DNA of 64,000 bases from a virus: UHGV virus genome UHGV-1373625; one strand, 5' to 3'. The translations under genes and the position numbers were made by a program. How positions within the stretch are numbered: position 1 is the first letter of the stretch; every line of letters starts with the position of its first letter. Positions 27,550 through 36,773 of this stretch are shown in pieces. Below the pieces are notes generated by a model. That model was given only the letters and a program-made list of their open reading frames with translations, was not told the DNA's origin and made no database searches.

Positions 27550-28353
27550 ATGTGGGCATCTGATAATATCCGAGTAAATGTGGAAGGTTCCCCCGAAGCG
27601 GTTGCCGAGTTTTTCTTGCGTCTTGGAGGAATGAAGTCCGGATTTAATGGAGCAGTAGAATCGCCTAATCCTGTCGAGCCACACAAATCCGAACCAAAGG
27701 TAGAAGAGATTGATGCGAAAGATGAAAAGCACACGTCTCCCATCGAAGATAAGCCCGTTGAAAATGAAGAAGAGGCATCTGACGTAGAAAACAAGCCTAC
27801 GAATAGTGATGAAGAACGTGAGCATTTGAAGTCTATTCTTACCGAACGCGGCATCGAGTTCTCTCCTCGTGCACGTCTTGCCACATTGAAGAAGCTCGTA
27901 GAAGACTCTGATAATACCGCCGAGGAATCCACAGAAGAGCCTGAACCCGAGATTCTCGAAAATGATGAGGTCCCTCCAGTCATGGAAGACCCTGCGGCGA
28001 CTATTTTGCAGAAGACCGGACAGGAGGAGTATAATGGCGGTGAAGGTGTGTCGCCTGAGGAAGAGGGTTATGGAGATATGCCTTCCGAACCGCTCAAGTT
28101 TGAGGAAGAACCTGAAAGAACTTATACTCCGGCAGAATTTCTGGATGAGTGCAAGCGGTATTGCAGTCGGGTAATGCGGACTGGCAGAGATCTTGATACG
28201 TCTCATAGAATGCTTGCCGATATTCTTCAAAATGTGACGGGTGTAACTCGCAAAGTCATTGAAGTGGATGAGAAATATTACAATACGATTGTGACGAAAC
28301 TTCATAATCATATAGACCTTTTGCGAGAAGATCACAATTCAACCAATGAATAA
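27550..28353 (+). CDS. Acidic, low-complexity protein
   Basis: 267 aa with an E/D/P-rich centre; aaaggagag RBS. Confidence 0.5.
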   Translation: MWASDNIRVNVEGSPEAVAEFFLRLGGMKSGFNGAVESPNPVEPHKSEPKVEEIDAKDEKHTSPIEDKPVENEEEASDVENKPTNSDEEREHLKSILTERGIEFSPRARLATLKKLVEDSDNTAEESTEEPEPEILENDEVPPVMEDPAATILQKTGQEEYNGGEGVSPEEEGYGDMPSEPLKFEEEPERTYTPAEFLDECKRYCSRVMRTGRDLDTSHRMLADILQNVTGVTRKVIEVDEKYYNTIVTKLHNHIDLLREDHNSTNE

Positions 28354-28374
28354 AAAAAATGAAAGGTAAGTGTA

Positions 28375-29637
28375 TTGGGAAAACATAGCAGGATAGGAGC
28401 TTCTTCCTCAGAAAGATGGATGGCGTGCCCCGCTTCCGTCAGGATGAGCGTAGGGCTCAAAAACGAAGGCAGCCCCGCAGCAAAAGAGGGCACGGCGGCC
28501 CATGCTCTCGCAGAGTTCTGCCTTAAAAATGAGATGTATCCCGCATGTAAGAAAGGAAAAAAGATCTACGTAAAGGGAGATTCTTTTGAGATAGAAGAAG
28601 AGATGATAAAAAGCGTCTCTCTTTACGTAGGTCACATTCTTCACGTAGTTCATAATCAAAAATTGTGGATGGACGAGAATGGCGACCTTGTTCAAATCGA
28701 CACCGAAAACGTCCATTTTGAAAAGTTTGAGAAAGGGGACAGCAAGAAGCTGTCTGTCGAGGAAAAATTCGCTCTTACTTGGATAAAGGAAGGGATGTTC
28801 GGTACATGCGACTGTAATTACAAAGATTATAAGAATAGGAGACTCTATGTATTCGACCTAAAATATGGAAAGAGCACGCCAGTAACCGCCATCGATAATT
28901 CCCAAATGAAATATTATGCTTTGGGTATTGTAGGAGAGCCGTTATCGAATGACGACTTTGACGAAGTAGTAATGGTTATTGTCCAGCCGAGAAACGATTG
29001 TTTTGGAGTAAGTTCGTATAGTTTAAAGATCGATGACCTCTATCTCTGGGCTGAAACGGAATTACGTCCTGCGGCGGAAAAGACAGAAGACCCTGATGCC
29101 GAATTTTCATCAGGAGATCACTGTAAATGGTGCCCGGCTTTTGGAGTTTGTCCTCAGATCGAAAAAGACCTTGGATATTTAGTAAATTATAACAATTATA
29201 TAGAAGAAAAGAAAAAAAATATTGAACTTCCAGACCCAAGACACTTGACAAGTGAAGAAAAGTCTCGTATATTGCATCTATCGATTGTGTACGCCCCTTG
29301 GATCGAAGCGGTAGCAAAATCCGCTTATGAAGACGCTGTCGCTGGAAGATTAGTTCCGGGGTTTAAGCTAGTTAAAAAAAGAAAATCGAGACGAGTTTGG
29401 AGGGACAATGCGCTCACCGCCCAAGAGCTAAGTTTGAAATATGGAGATGAAATTTTTGAGGAGAGAAAGTTAAAATCGCCATCTAAATTAGAAGGTATTT
29501 TGACAGGAGAGGAAATTGATCTCTACTCATTTAGACCGGAATCCGGTACGGAATTAAAACCAGAAAACGATAAACGTAAATCCGTAAATCCATTAACATC
29601 TATCGACGAATTTTATTCGCAACAAGAGGAAAACTAA
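28375..29637 (+). CDS. PD-(D/E)XK nuclease, DUF2800-like phage exonuclease with a C-terminal Cys cluster
   Basis: N-terminal HSRIGASSSERWMACPAS is a DUF2800-type signature; C-terminal CKWCPAFGVCP resembles a Cas4/RecB-like Fe-S cluster. Confidence 0.6.
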   Translation: MGKHSRIGASSSERWMACPASVRMSVGLKNEGSPAAKEGTAAHALAEFCLKNEMYPACKKGKKIYVKGDSFEIEEEMIKSVSLYVGHILHVVHNQKLWMDENGDLVQIDTENVHFEKFEKGDSKKLSVEEKFALTWIKEGMFGTCDCNYKDYKNRRLYVFDLKYGKSTPVTAIDNSQMKYYALGIVGEPLSNDDFDEVVMVIVQPRNDCFGVSSYSLKIDDLYLWAETELRPAAEKTEDPDAEFSSGDHCKWCPAFGVCPQIEKDLGYLVNYNNYIEEKKKNIELPDPRHLTSEEKSRILHLSIVYAPWIEAVAKSAYEDAVAGRLVPGFKLVKKRKSRRVWRDNALTAQELSLKYGDEIFEERKLKSPSKLEGILTGEEIDLYSFRPESGTELKPENDKRKSVNPLTSIDEFYSQQEEN

Positions 29638-29638
29638 A

Positions 29639-30298
29639 ATGGCAAGAGTTACTAAGCGCGTTATTTTCAAGGCTTCTATTTCTTATCCTCATCTTTCCGA
29701 GCCTGTAGTCAATCCTAATGATAAGAACAAAGACCCTCAGTACAGCATTGAAGCGCGCATTCCCAAGAGTGACGTAGACACGATTAAGAAAGTGCGCTCC
29801 GTGCTTGAGGAAGTTTATACCGAGGGCGCTGGCCCGGATAAGAAGAAGTGGAAAGTTGATTTCCGTGAGCCCGGCTTTTTTGATACGTATCTGTCGAAGC
29901 AAGGTAAGGATGGTTTCCCTCTTCGAGACGGCAAGTACAAGCCGAGCGGCGATTGCGACGATATTGTTTTCATGAGCGTCAAAAATAAGTATCCTATCGC
30001 TCTTGGTGTCAAGACTGGCCCTACGACTTATCGGAAGCTCGAATCGAAAGAAGAAATCGAAAAGGAACTTTATGCGGGCTGTATCGCTGATGTCATCATG
30101 GATGTTTATTACAATGACAAGCCGGGAACCGAATCCGGGTGCTTCCTTTCCCTCAAGGGTGTCGTAAAGACTGGTGAAGGGCAGCGTCTTGCCGGAAGCT
30201 CTCCCGTCGACCTTGGCGAACTCTATGGCACCGAAGAAAATAACGATGTAACCTACGGTGGCTCGGAAGATTCTTCCTCCGATGATGTGCCGTTCTAA
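29639..30298 (+). CDS. ssDNA-binding protein, DUF2815-like
   Basis: Sits between the DUF2800 nuclease and the polymerase; acidic C-terminal tail ending DDVPF like the SSB tip DDDIPF. Confidence 0.55.
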   Translation: MARVTKRVIFKASISYPHLSEPVVNPNDKNKDPQYSIEARIPKSDVDTIKKVRSVLEEVYTEGAGPDKKKWKVDFREPGFFDTYLSKQGKDGFPLRDGKYKPSGDCDDIVFMSVKNKYPIALGVKTGPTTYRKLESKEEIEKELYAGCIADVIMDVYYNDKPGTESGCFLSLKGVVKTGEGQRLAGSSPVDLGELYGTEENNDVTYGGSEDSSSDDVPF

Positions 30299-30321
30299 TA
30301 AAAAAATAAGGAAATAAAATA

Positions 30322-30624
30322 ATGTCAGAGAATGAAAAGACCAACAATGTTTGCCGCCGCGATTTGACGAATGCCGTCATGCGTATTACCGGATTCCGCC
30401 GAGCCGATATCGAAAAGGTTATCAACGCGTATACCGAGGTGATTTATGCCAATCTTAAAGCAGGGCGTAGCGTGAAGCTGCACCGACTGTGTACTTTCAA
30501 GGTCGTAGACTTGGCCCCTCGTGAGTTCCGTTCAAACCTTACCGGAGAAATTGTCCGTAAGCCCGCACGAAAACGTGTTCGTGTGAAGCTTTCCTCCCGA
30601 CTCCAGATTAATGAGAAGAACTAA
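30322..30624 (+). CDS. HU/IHF-family DNA-binding protein
   Basis: FKVVDLAPREFRSNLTGEIVRKPARKRVRVK matches the HU beta-arm (R.G.NP.TGE.I.I.A..V.F). Confidence 0.7.
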   Translation: MSENEKTNNVCRRDLTNAVMRITGFRRADIEKVINAYTEVIYANLKAGRSVKLHRLCTFKVVDLAPREFRSNLTGEIVRKPARKRVRVKLSSRLQINEKN

Positions 30625-30703
30625 AACCCTATAACAAAAGTCCCCGCATCCGAGCTAAAAAAGCAAAGAGCGGGGACTCTACGTTTATACTGAGAGATAC
30701 GCT

Positions 30704-30892
30704 ATGACCATATCAAACTGTCTATACTGCGGGGGAAAGGGGAAGCTCGTAATTCGATCCGGATTAAAGAATTATCGTAAAGTCAATATTTATCAGGTGC
30801 AATGCAATAAATGTCGTGCTAGAGGTCCTATATCCGATAATGAAATCAATGCTATACGTTATTGGAATGGAAAAGGGTATCCTTCTGCATAA
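30704..30892 (+). CDS. Lar-family-like zinc-ribbon protein
   Basis: CLYCGGKGKLV...QVQCNKCRARGPISDNEINAIRYWN. Confidence 0.55.
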   Translation: MTISNCLYCGGKGKLVIRSGLKNYRKVNIYQVQCNKCRARGPISDNEINAIRYWNGKGYPSA

Positions 30893-30956
30893 AAAGTTCT
30901 TGACACGGAAAGCGTAATTTAATAGGTTGTAAAAAACATCAACAAGGAGAGAAAAT

Positions 30957-32006
30957 ATGTCTATTCTCAAGTCCAAGGTTTCCGTTATCCGTTTTATCAC
31001 CGAAGTTGAAGATAATCTTGAAACTATCATCAATGGGCTTAACGCCGCACGTTTTCAGGAAAAGTGGGAAGCGGGAATGGATTCCATGCAAGGCTTCTGC
31101 CCCCTTAATGACCGTTGGGGCTCCTCTGATTTCCACGAAGGTAACATCAAGGCGAATGGGTTTATTGCATTCTTTTTCCGTACTGACACTAAGCGGGTAG
31201 ATCCCAATCTTCTCAAGCGTGAAATTTCTGACCGGATTGAGCGTTTCTCCGAAACTTATGGAAAGAAACCCAATCGTGAAGAACGTAAGGACATTCAGGT
31301 CATTGTGAAGAACAAACTGCTCAATGAAGAAAAAGCCAAGCCCTCTTTCTATCCGGTCATGTTTAATCCCGAAACAGGGGAAGGGTATCTTTTCGCTACT
31401 TCCAATAGTGTCTTTGAGAAGTTCCGGGCGTCGTTCAAGTTGGTCGCCGGGATTCCAAATGTTAAGAATCTCGAAGAAATTGTGGAATCTCGAAACCTTG
31501 ATTTCACAGTCGATAGCCAGACGTTCCTGACGTGGTTCTGGTGGCGCATGGAGAATGATCCCACCAAACCTGTCACCACCGAGAATACTTCCTACGAATG
31601 CTCCATGAGCGGCACTGTAACGGTAAGTTCGGCGGAAACCGGGGAGAAGGTCACGGAGAAGTCGGACCAGCTTCACGAGGCTCGTATGGCCCTTCTGCGT
31701 GGTCTTCGTGCGGAAAAGGCAGCGGTTACTTGCTGCGCTGGCTCCGGCATCAATATTGAGTTTACTTTGAATAATGAAAGCCTCAATATTTCCGGGCTCC
31801 CCATTCCTAAGTCCGAGGAAAAGCCGAGCGACGTGTTTGAAGAATTTGAACATGCGAAGATTCATATTGATGAAGCTTTTGCTCTTATTGATTCTTTGAT
31901 GGAGGAATATATTGAGCTTAATGCGGTAGGCGACCCGCTGCCTCCTACTCCGCTTATTCATTGGGGTCGTGGGGATTTTTGTTCCGGAAGCATTGAAATT
32001 CTGTAA
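30957..32006 (+). CDS. hypothetical protein, possibly RdgC-like recombination-associated
   Basis: 349 aa; loose pattern similarity to RdgC from memory; preferred over the R-rich antisense ORF 30939-32027. Confidence 0.5.
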   Translation: MSILKSKVSVIRFITEVEDNLETIINGLNAARFQEKWEAGMDSMQGFCPLNDRWGSSDFHEGNIKANGFIAFFFRTDTKRVDPNLLKREISDRIERFSETYGKKPNREERKDIQVIVKNKLLNEEKAKPSFYPVMFNPETGEGYLFATSNSVFEKFRASFKLVAGIPNVKNLEEIVESRNLDFTVDSQTFLTWFWWRMENDPTKPVTTENTSYECSMSGTVTVSSAETGEKVTEKSDQLHEARMALLRGLRAEKAAVTCCAGSGINIEFTLNNESLNISGLPIPKSEEKPSDVFEEFEHAKIHIDEAFALIDSLMEEYIELNAVGDPLPPTPLIHWGRGDFCSGSIEIL

Positions 32007-32020
32007 GCATGGAGGATATA

Positions 32021-32212
32021 ATGGCAAAAGGAACTTTCAGGGTAGTAGAAAAAATTTGTCCTTTCTTGAATGCGCCTTGTAAAGAAAAGAGGTGTATGAT
32101 GTGGGATGAAAAATATTTAGTCTGCCAATTGGCTTATCCAGCGAAACGTAGGGTGAAAGGCGAAAGTATACAGCCGCTTTATCTAAATCACATAAACATG
32201 GAAACGAAATAA
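32021..32212 (+). CDS. Small Cys-containing hypothetical protein
   Basis: Start at MAKGTF with ggagga RBS. Confidence 0.4.
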   Translation: MAKGTFRVVEKICPFLNAPCKEKRCMMWDEKYLVCQLAYPAKRRVKGESIQPLYLNHINMETK

Positions 32213-32222
32213 ATAAAAAAAA

Positions 32223-32260
32223 GATACCAGCGTTTGTTAAAAATTCTGGTATCTTTTTTA
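32223..32260 (+). terminator. Rho-independent terminator (agataccag..ctggtatct + TTTTTTA)
   Basis: 9-bp perfect stem followed by a T-tract directly upstream of the polymerase gene. Confidence 0.7.
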
Positions 32261-32271
32261 ATAAAGGAGGC

Positions 32272-33633
32272 ATGATGAAATCCGTAATTGACTTTGAAAC
32301 AAGATCCCCTGTAGATATTAAAACTTGCGGAGCTTACGCATATGCTGCGCACCCTGATACTGAGGTGATGATGCTTGCCGTCCGTATATGTGGACAGGAG
32401 GCTCGCGTATGGGTAGCTCCGGCATATAGGCATTTTCTTGATACTGAATTGAGTGACGATGAATTGCAGGATATTATTAATAATTGTGAAGAGATTGCAG
32501 CACATAACGCCCCTTTCGAAAGAGCCATTTGGAAATTCAAGATGGAGCCTCTCTGGTTTAAGCCATTGCCATTAGAGAAAATTCGATGCACGATGTCTCA
32601 GGCCCTTATGTGCAACCTCCCCCGTAAACTGGAACAAGCGGTAAAGGTTTGGCGAAAAGACGCCCCTCAGAAGGATAATGAAGGGCATAAGCTGATGATG
32701 AAAATGTCAAAGCCTAGGAAGTTCCGTAAAGCCGAGCTTTCCGCGTTTCCTGATCCCGAAAAGGCTAAGGCTACTCAAGAATACGTCTATGCTGTACTTT
32801 CAAAAGGTGGCATTCCTACCATTAAAAACTACCATCAATATATTGTCTATCCTTGCGACGAGCCAATGTTTAAACGATATGTTGAATATTGTCGACAGGA
32901 CGTGGTTGCGGAAGAAGTTCTTTTTACGGAGCTTCCTCCTATCCCTGAGCGGGAGCTTAAAGTGTGGCGGCTTGACCAGACAATCAATGACCGTGGAGTA
33001 GGAATTGACAGGTTTCATGCGGTCAAAATTATGGATATGGTTAATAAAGTAGAAGATATTTTGACGGAGGAAGCTTCTGAGATTACGTATGGGGCGGTAT
33101 CGACTATGAAGTCTTCTAAGGCTATTATTGAATGGCTACAATCTCGTGGGGTTGATACTGATTCGGCAAGCAAGCAAGCTATCTCCGACCTTCTTGAACG
33201 GACTGATCTCCCCTCTGATGTTCGTAGATTCCTTGAGATTCGCCAGACTATTGCCATGTCTTCTACGGCAAAATATCAGACCATGCTCTGTACTTCATGC
33301 TATGATGGCAGGGCGCATGGAACGATGATTTATCATGGCGCTTCAACTGGAAGGTTTTGTCTTTCGGAAGGGTCTATGGTCAAAGTTTGTGATGATGCAG
33401 GTTGTGTTTATGAAAAGCCTATCGAAAATGTTGACAGATCAGAAAAAGTATGGGATGGTTCGGATTGGGTCTATCACGATGGTGTAGTTTTTTCAGGAGA
33501 TAAACCCGTTATTGAATGGGATGGGATTGTTGCTACAGAAGAACATAAAGTTTTTATTTCAGATACAGAAAAAATGTCTCTTTTAGAAGCCAAGGAAAGA
33601 GAACTTAAACTCTGGCAAGGAGAGAAACCCTAA
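32272..33633 (+). CDS. Family-A DNA polymerase, N-terminal half (3'-5' exonuclease plus start of the polymerase domain) ending in a split-intein N-fragment
   Basis: IDFETRS Exo I motif; ...IYHGASTGRF then CLSEGSMVKV...TEEHKVF...ERELKL (91 aa) resembles DnaE-type N-inteins; stop TAA overlaps the next ATG (TAATG). Confidence 0.8.
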   Translation: MMKSVIDFETRSPVDIKTCGAYAYAAHPDTEVMMLAVRICGQEARVWVAPAYRHFLDTELSDDELQDIINNCEEIAAHNAPFERAIWKFKMEPLWFKPLPLEKIRCTMSQALMCNLPRKLEQAVKVWRKDAPQKDNEGHKLMMKMSKPRKFRKAELSAFPDPEKAKATQEYVYAVLSKGGIPTIKNYHQYIVYPCDEPMFKRYVEYCRQDVVAEEVLFTELPPIPERELKVWRLDQTINDRGVGIDRFHAVKIMDMVNKVEDILTEEASEITYGAVSTMKSSKAIIEWLQSRGVDTDSASKQAISDLLERTDLPSDVRRFLEIRQTIAMSSTAKYQTMLCTSCYDGRAHGTMIYHGASTGRFCLSEGSMVKVCDDAGCVYEKPIENVDRSEKVWDGSDWVYHDGVVFSGDKPVIEWDGIVATEEHKVFISDTEKMSLLEAKERELKLWQGEKP

Positions 33634-35549
33634 TGCGTACTTATGACATACTTAATGCTGGCCCTAAAAATAGATTTATGGCGAATGGTAAAATCGTAAG
33701 TAATTCAGGTGCTCTTATTCAACCGCAAAATTTGACTAGACCTTCAACAAATAATATGAATATCCCCGAAGGTTCCAAGCCTTTGGATAATTATGATATC
33801 AGTGAAATGGATATCGAACTTGCAGCTAGCGGGAATTTAGATCTTATCCAGCAGTATTGGAAAGACCCTAAAGTCCTTGCCTCCGATTGCCTTCGCGCAA
33901 TGATTCACGCTAGAAAAGGATACGATTTTATCTGTGCCGACTATAGTGGGATTGAAGCCCGAGCATTGGCATGTCTCGCTGGCGAAGAGTATGTTCTTCA
34001 AGGTTTTAGGGACGGCCTTGACCCATATAAAGTTGCAGCTACGACTATCTATGGGGTGAAATATGAAGATGTGGATAAGAAGCAGCGTCAAGTAGGTAAG
34101 ACGGCTACGTTGGCTTGCTTCTCTGCGGATACAATGGTTTATACGAGCTATGGAATAAAAAAAATCGTCGACATAACTAAAGATGATTATGTATGGGATG
34201 GAGAAAACTGGTGTTTGACAGATGGAGCATATTGCCAAGGTATTAAAGAAATCGTTAATTTTTTGGGAGTAGAATCTACACCTGATCAAAAATGGTTGAT
34301 GGATGAAAATATTTGGATAGACTCCGATGCAGCTATTGAATTGTGTAAATGGCTAGGAGATGGGAAAGTTTATTCTAGCGAGCAATATCAAATATTCTCT
34401 AGTTGGGTTAGTTATCAAATCTCAAAAGTTCAAGATAAAATTATTTATAGTTTGAAGAAATACCCAGTAAAAGTAACTATAGCTGAAATGGGAATTGAAG
34501 TAATTCTTTCCGATTTTGACGAAGATGACTTTAATGTATCCTTTGTTGATTCTAAAAGTAGAAAAGGTGTTTATGTATACTTGGGTGAAAGCTTAAGGAA
34601 CACGAGTCTTGAAGATAAAGTTAAATATGTATGCTCCATTATCGTCTTTTTAGCTACGATTTTTTCTAAGTATTCAACAGCTCAAAATTATCTGAATATT
34701 AAAGTGAGTGAAGCCGTTATTAAGGACTATAATAAAATAAATATGGCGATTTTAAAGTTTATCAAAAAAGATGATAGCGATGAAATTATTCTTACTGGGA
34801 GCATTTTATCTAATAGAGATGGTTATACTAAAATAGAAAAAGTTTATGATCTTTTGAATTGTGGAGATAAAAGCAGGTTTATGATACATACATCCTGCGG
34901 TCCACGCATTGTGCATAACTGTGGATATGGAGGTGGTTATGGCGCGTTCCTTCGCTTTGGGGCTGATAGAATGGGCATTGATGAAGAGGAAGGAAAGAAG
35001 ATTATTGCTGCATGGAGAGACGGGCACCCAATGACGGTTAAGCTTTGGCACAAACTCGTTGAAGCTGCTGTCATGGCTATGACGAATAAGGGCGGAATTT
35101 ATTCTTATCGTGGAGTATCATTCCAATACTATAAGAGATTCCTCCTTATGAAGCTCCCTAGTGGCAGGTTCCTCTTCTACTTCGAGCCTAAACTTGAAGA
35201 CGTGGAGATGGCATGGTCTACGCCAGAAAAGCCAGCGTTCAAGAAGCTTGTTACGGCGATGACCTTGACGCCAGAAAAACAATTTGTGAGAAGGCCGCTT
35301 AACCATCTCATACTTTCAGAAAATGTTACACAAGCTTTCTGTAGAGATCTGATGGTGAATGCGATGTTCAATCTCGAAGAAGCCAATTATCCGGTAGTGT
35401 TTCATGTTCATGATGAAATCATTGCGGAAGTTCCTAAAGGGTTTGGGTCTGTCGAGGAATTTGAAAATATCATGTGCAAGCTTCCTCAATGGGCAGAAGG
35501 TCTGCCAGTAAAGGCCGAAGGATGGAGGGGAGAATTTTATAGGAAATAA
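33633..35549 (+). CDS. Family-A DNA polymerase, C-terminal half: 24-aa split-intein C-fragment, then palm/fingers (motifs A, B, C), interrupted by a second, contiguous 268-aa intein
   Basis: MRTYDILNAGPKNRFMANGKIVSN|S matches intein blocks F/G; extein motifs QPQNLTRP, CADYSGIEARALA (A), RQVGKTATLA-[intein]-CGYGGGYG (B), HVHDEI (C). Confidence 0.8.
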   Translation: MRTYDILNAGPKNRFMANGKIVSNSGALIQPQNLTRPSTNNMNIPEGSKPLDNYDISEMDIELAASGNLDLIQQYWKDPKVLASDCLRAMIHARKGYDFICADYSGIEARALACLAGEEYVLQGFRDGLDPYKVAATTIYGVKYEDVDKKQRQVGKTATLACFSADTMVYTSYGIKKIVDITKDDYVWDGENWCLTDGAYCQGIKEIVNFLGVESTPDQKWLMDENIWIDSDAAIELCKWLGDGKVYSSEQYQIFSSWVSYQISKVQDKIIYSLKKYPVKVTIAEMGIEVILSDFDEDDFNVSFVDSKSRKGVYVYLGESLRNTSLEDKVKYVCSIIVFLATIFSKYSTAQNYLNIKVSEAVIKDYNKINMAILKFIKKDDSDEIILTGSILSNRDGYTKIEKVYDLLNCGDKSRFMIHTSCGPRIVHNCGYGGGYGAFLRFGADRMGIDEEEGKKIIAAWRDGHPMTVKLWHKLVEAAVMAMTNKGGIYSYRGVSFQYYKRFLLMKLPSGRFLFYFEPKLEDVEMAWSTPEKPAFKKLVTAMTLTPEKQFVRRPLNHLILSENVTQAFCRDLMVNAMFNLEEANYPVVFHVHDEIIAEVPKGFGSVEEFENIMCKLPQWAEGLPVKAEGWRGEFYRK

Positions 35550-35638
35550 TTTTAAAAAATCTGTTGACATTTGCTTCCGGTTAATGAATACTCCATTCAT
35601 CGGAAGCAAACATTTTTAGAAAGAAGGAGTGTAAGAGA

Positions 35639-36760
35639 ATGTTTGAAGTAAAAGGATCAGTAAGTACAGCTAAGGTTTTCACAGATTATGTGGAGCCGAC
35701 CGCGTTATCTCAGATTATTGAATTATGTAATCAGGAGTTCACCGAAGGAAGTAAAATCCGTATTATGCCTGATGTACATGCTGGTGCTGGATGCGTTATT
35801 GGAACGACGATGACCATTGAAAATAAGAAAATCGTTCCTAATCTTGTCGGTGTTGATATCGGTTGTGGGCTACTGTCCTGTGAATTTACTTTGGGGGATA
35901 AGCTCAACAATAGCTTTTTTGAAGAAGTTGATCGAATTATTCGAAAGTATATTCCCGCAGGATTTAATATTCGTAACGACAAGCATGAATTGGTTAGCGC
36001 CATCAATTTGAATACGCTTGCATGTTGTAATGAAGTTAATATCGCTCGTGCGGAGCACAGTATTGGGACTTTGGGGGGAGGGAATCATTTTATTGAAATA
36101 GGGGAATCCGATAATTTCGATGGTACTTTTTCTTATTTCCTTACCGTACATTCTGGTTCTAGAAATATTGGAAAAGAAGTAGCTACTTATTATCAAAATG
36201 TCGCTATTAAGGAATGTCCGGGCACCCCCAAACATCTAGCGTATCTTTCAGGGGAGATGTTCGATGAATATATGTATGATATGGAAATCATGAAATATTA
36301 TGCCTCTTTGAATCGTGAGGCGATCATTAACGATATCACGCTACACATTGGGATTAAGAAAGACGATGTCTATGAAACCGTTCATAACTATATAGAACGT
36401 ATTGACAATGATGTGTTCATGCTGCGCAAGGGAGCCGTTTCCGCTAAAAAAGAACAGGCTCTTATGATCCCTTTGAATATGAGAGACGGTATTATTTTTG
36501 GTTTTGGTAAAGGACTTGAAGACTGGAACTATTCCGCACCTCATGGAGCTGGACGTAGACTAAGCAGAGGTGAAGCCAAGCGCAGCCTTGATATGAATGA
36601 TTTTAAAAATGAAATGGAAGGTATTTATTCTTCTTGCGTAAATATTTCTACTCTTGATGAAAGTCCTATGGCATACAAGGATGGCTCAGAGATTCGTAAT
36701 AATCTTCAATCGGTGGAAACCTTGTTTACTATTAAGCCAGTATATAACTTTAAAGCATAA
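35639..36760 (+). CDS. rtcB: RtcB-family RNA 3'-phosphate ligase
   Basis: MPDVHAGAGCVIGTT (RtcB PDxHxGxG metal site) and the general RtcB layout; 373 aa. Confidence 0.7.
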   Translation: MFEVKGSVSTAKVFTDYVEPTALSQIIELCNQEFTEGSKIRIMPDVHAGAGCVIGTTMTIENKKIVPNLVGVDIGCGLLSCEFTLGDKLNNSFFEEVDRIIRKYIPAGFNIRNDKHELVSAINLNTLACCNEVNIARAEHSIGTLGGGNHFIEIGESDNFDGTFSYFLTVHSGSRNIGKEVATYYQNVAIKECPGTPKHLAYLSGEMFDEYMYDMEIMKYYASLNREAIINDITLHIGIKKDDVYETVHNYIERIDNDVFMLRKGAVSAKKEQALMIPLNMRDGIIFGFGKGLEDWNYSAPHGAGRRLSRGEAKRSLDMNDFKNEMEGIYSSCVNISTLDESPMAYKDGSEIRNNLQSVETLFTIKPVYNFKA

Positions 36761-36773
36761 GAAGGAAAAACAA

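Noticed and set aside
27012-28335. Two long minus-strand ORFs (323 and 262 aa) antisense to the plus-strand genes 27021-28353
   Set aside because: Ser/Arg/Phe-rich low-complexity translations typical of the reverse frame of acidic coding sequence; no RBS; would break a uniformly plus-strand operon.
30939-32027. 362-aa minus-strand ORF antisense to 30957-32006
   Set aside because: Arg/Phe/Leu-rich junk-like composition with no RBS; the plus-strand partner has an RBS (aaggagag) and fits the operon.
33837-34289. 150-aa minus-strand ORF within the intein-containing polymerase gene
   Set aside because: Antisense to confident coding sequence; AT-rich intein region produces spurious open frames.
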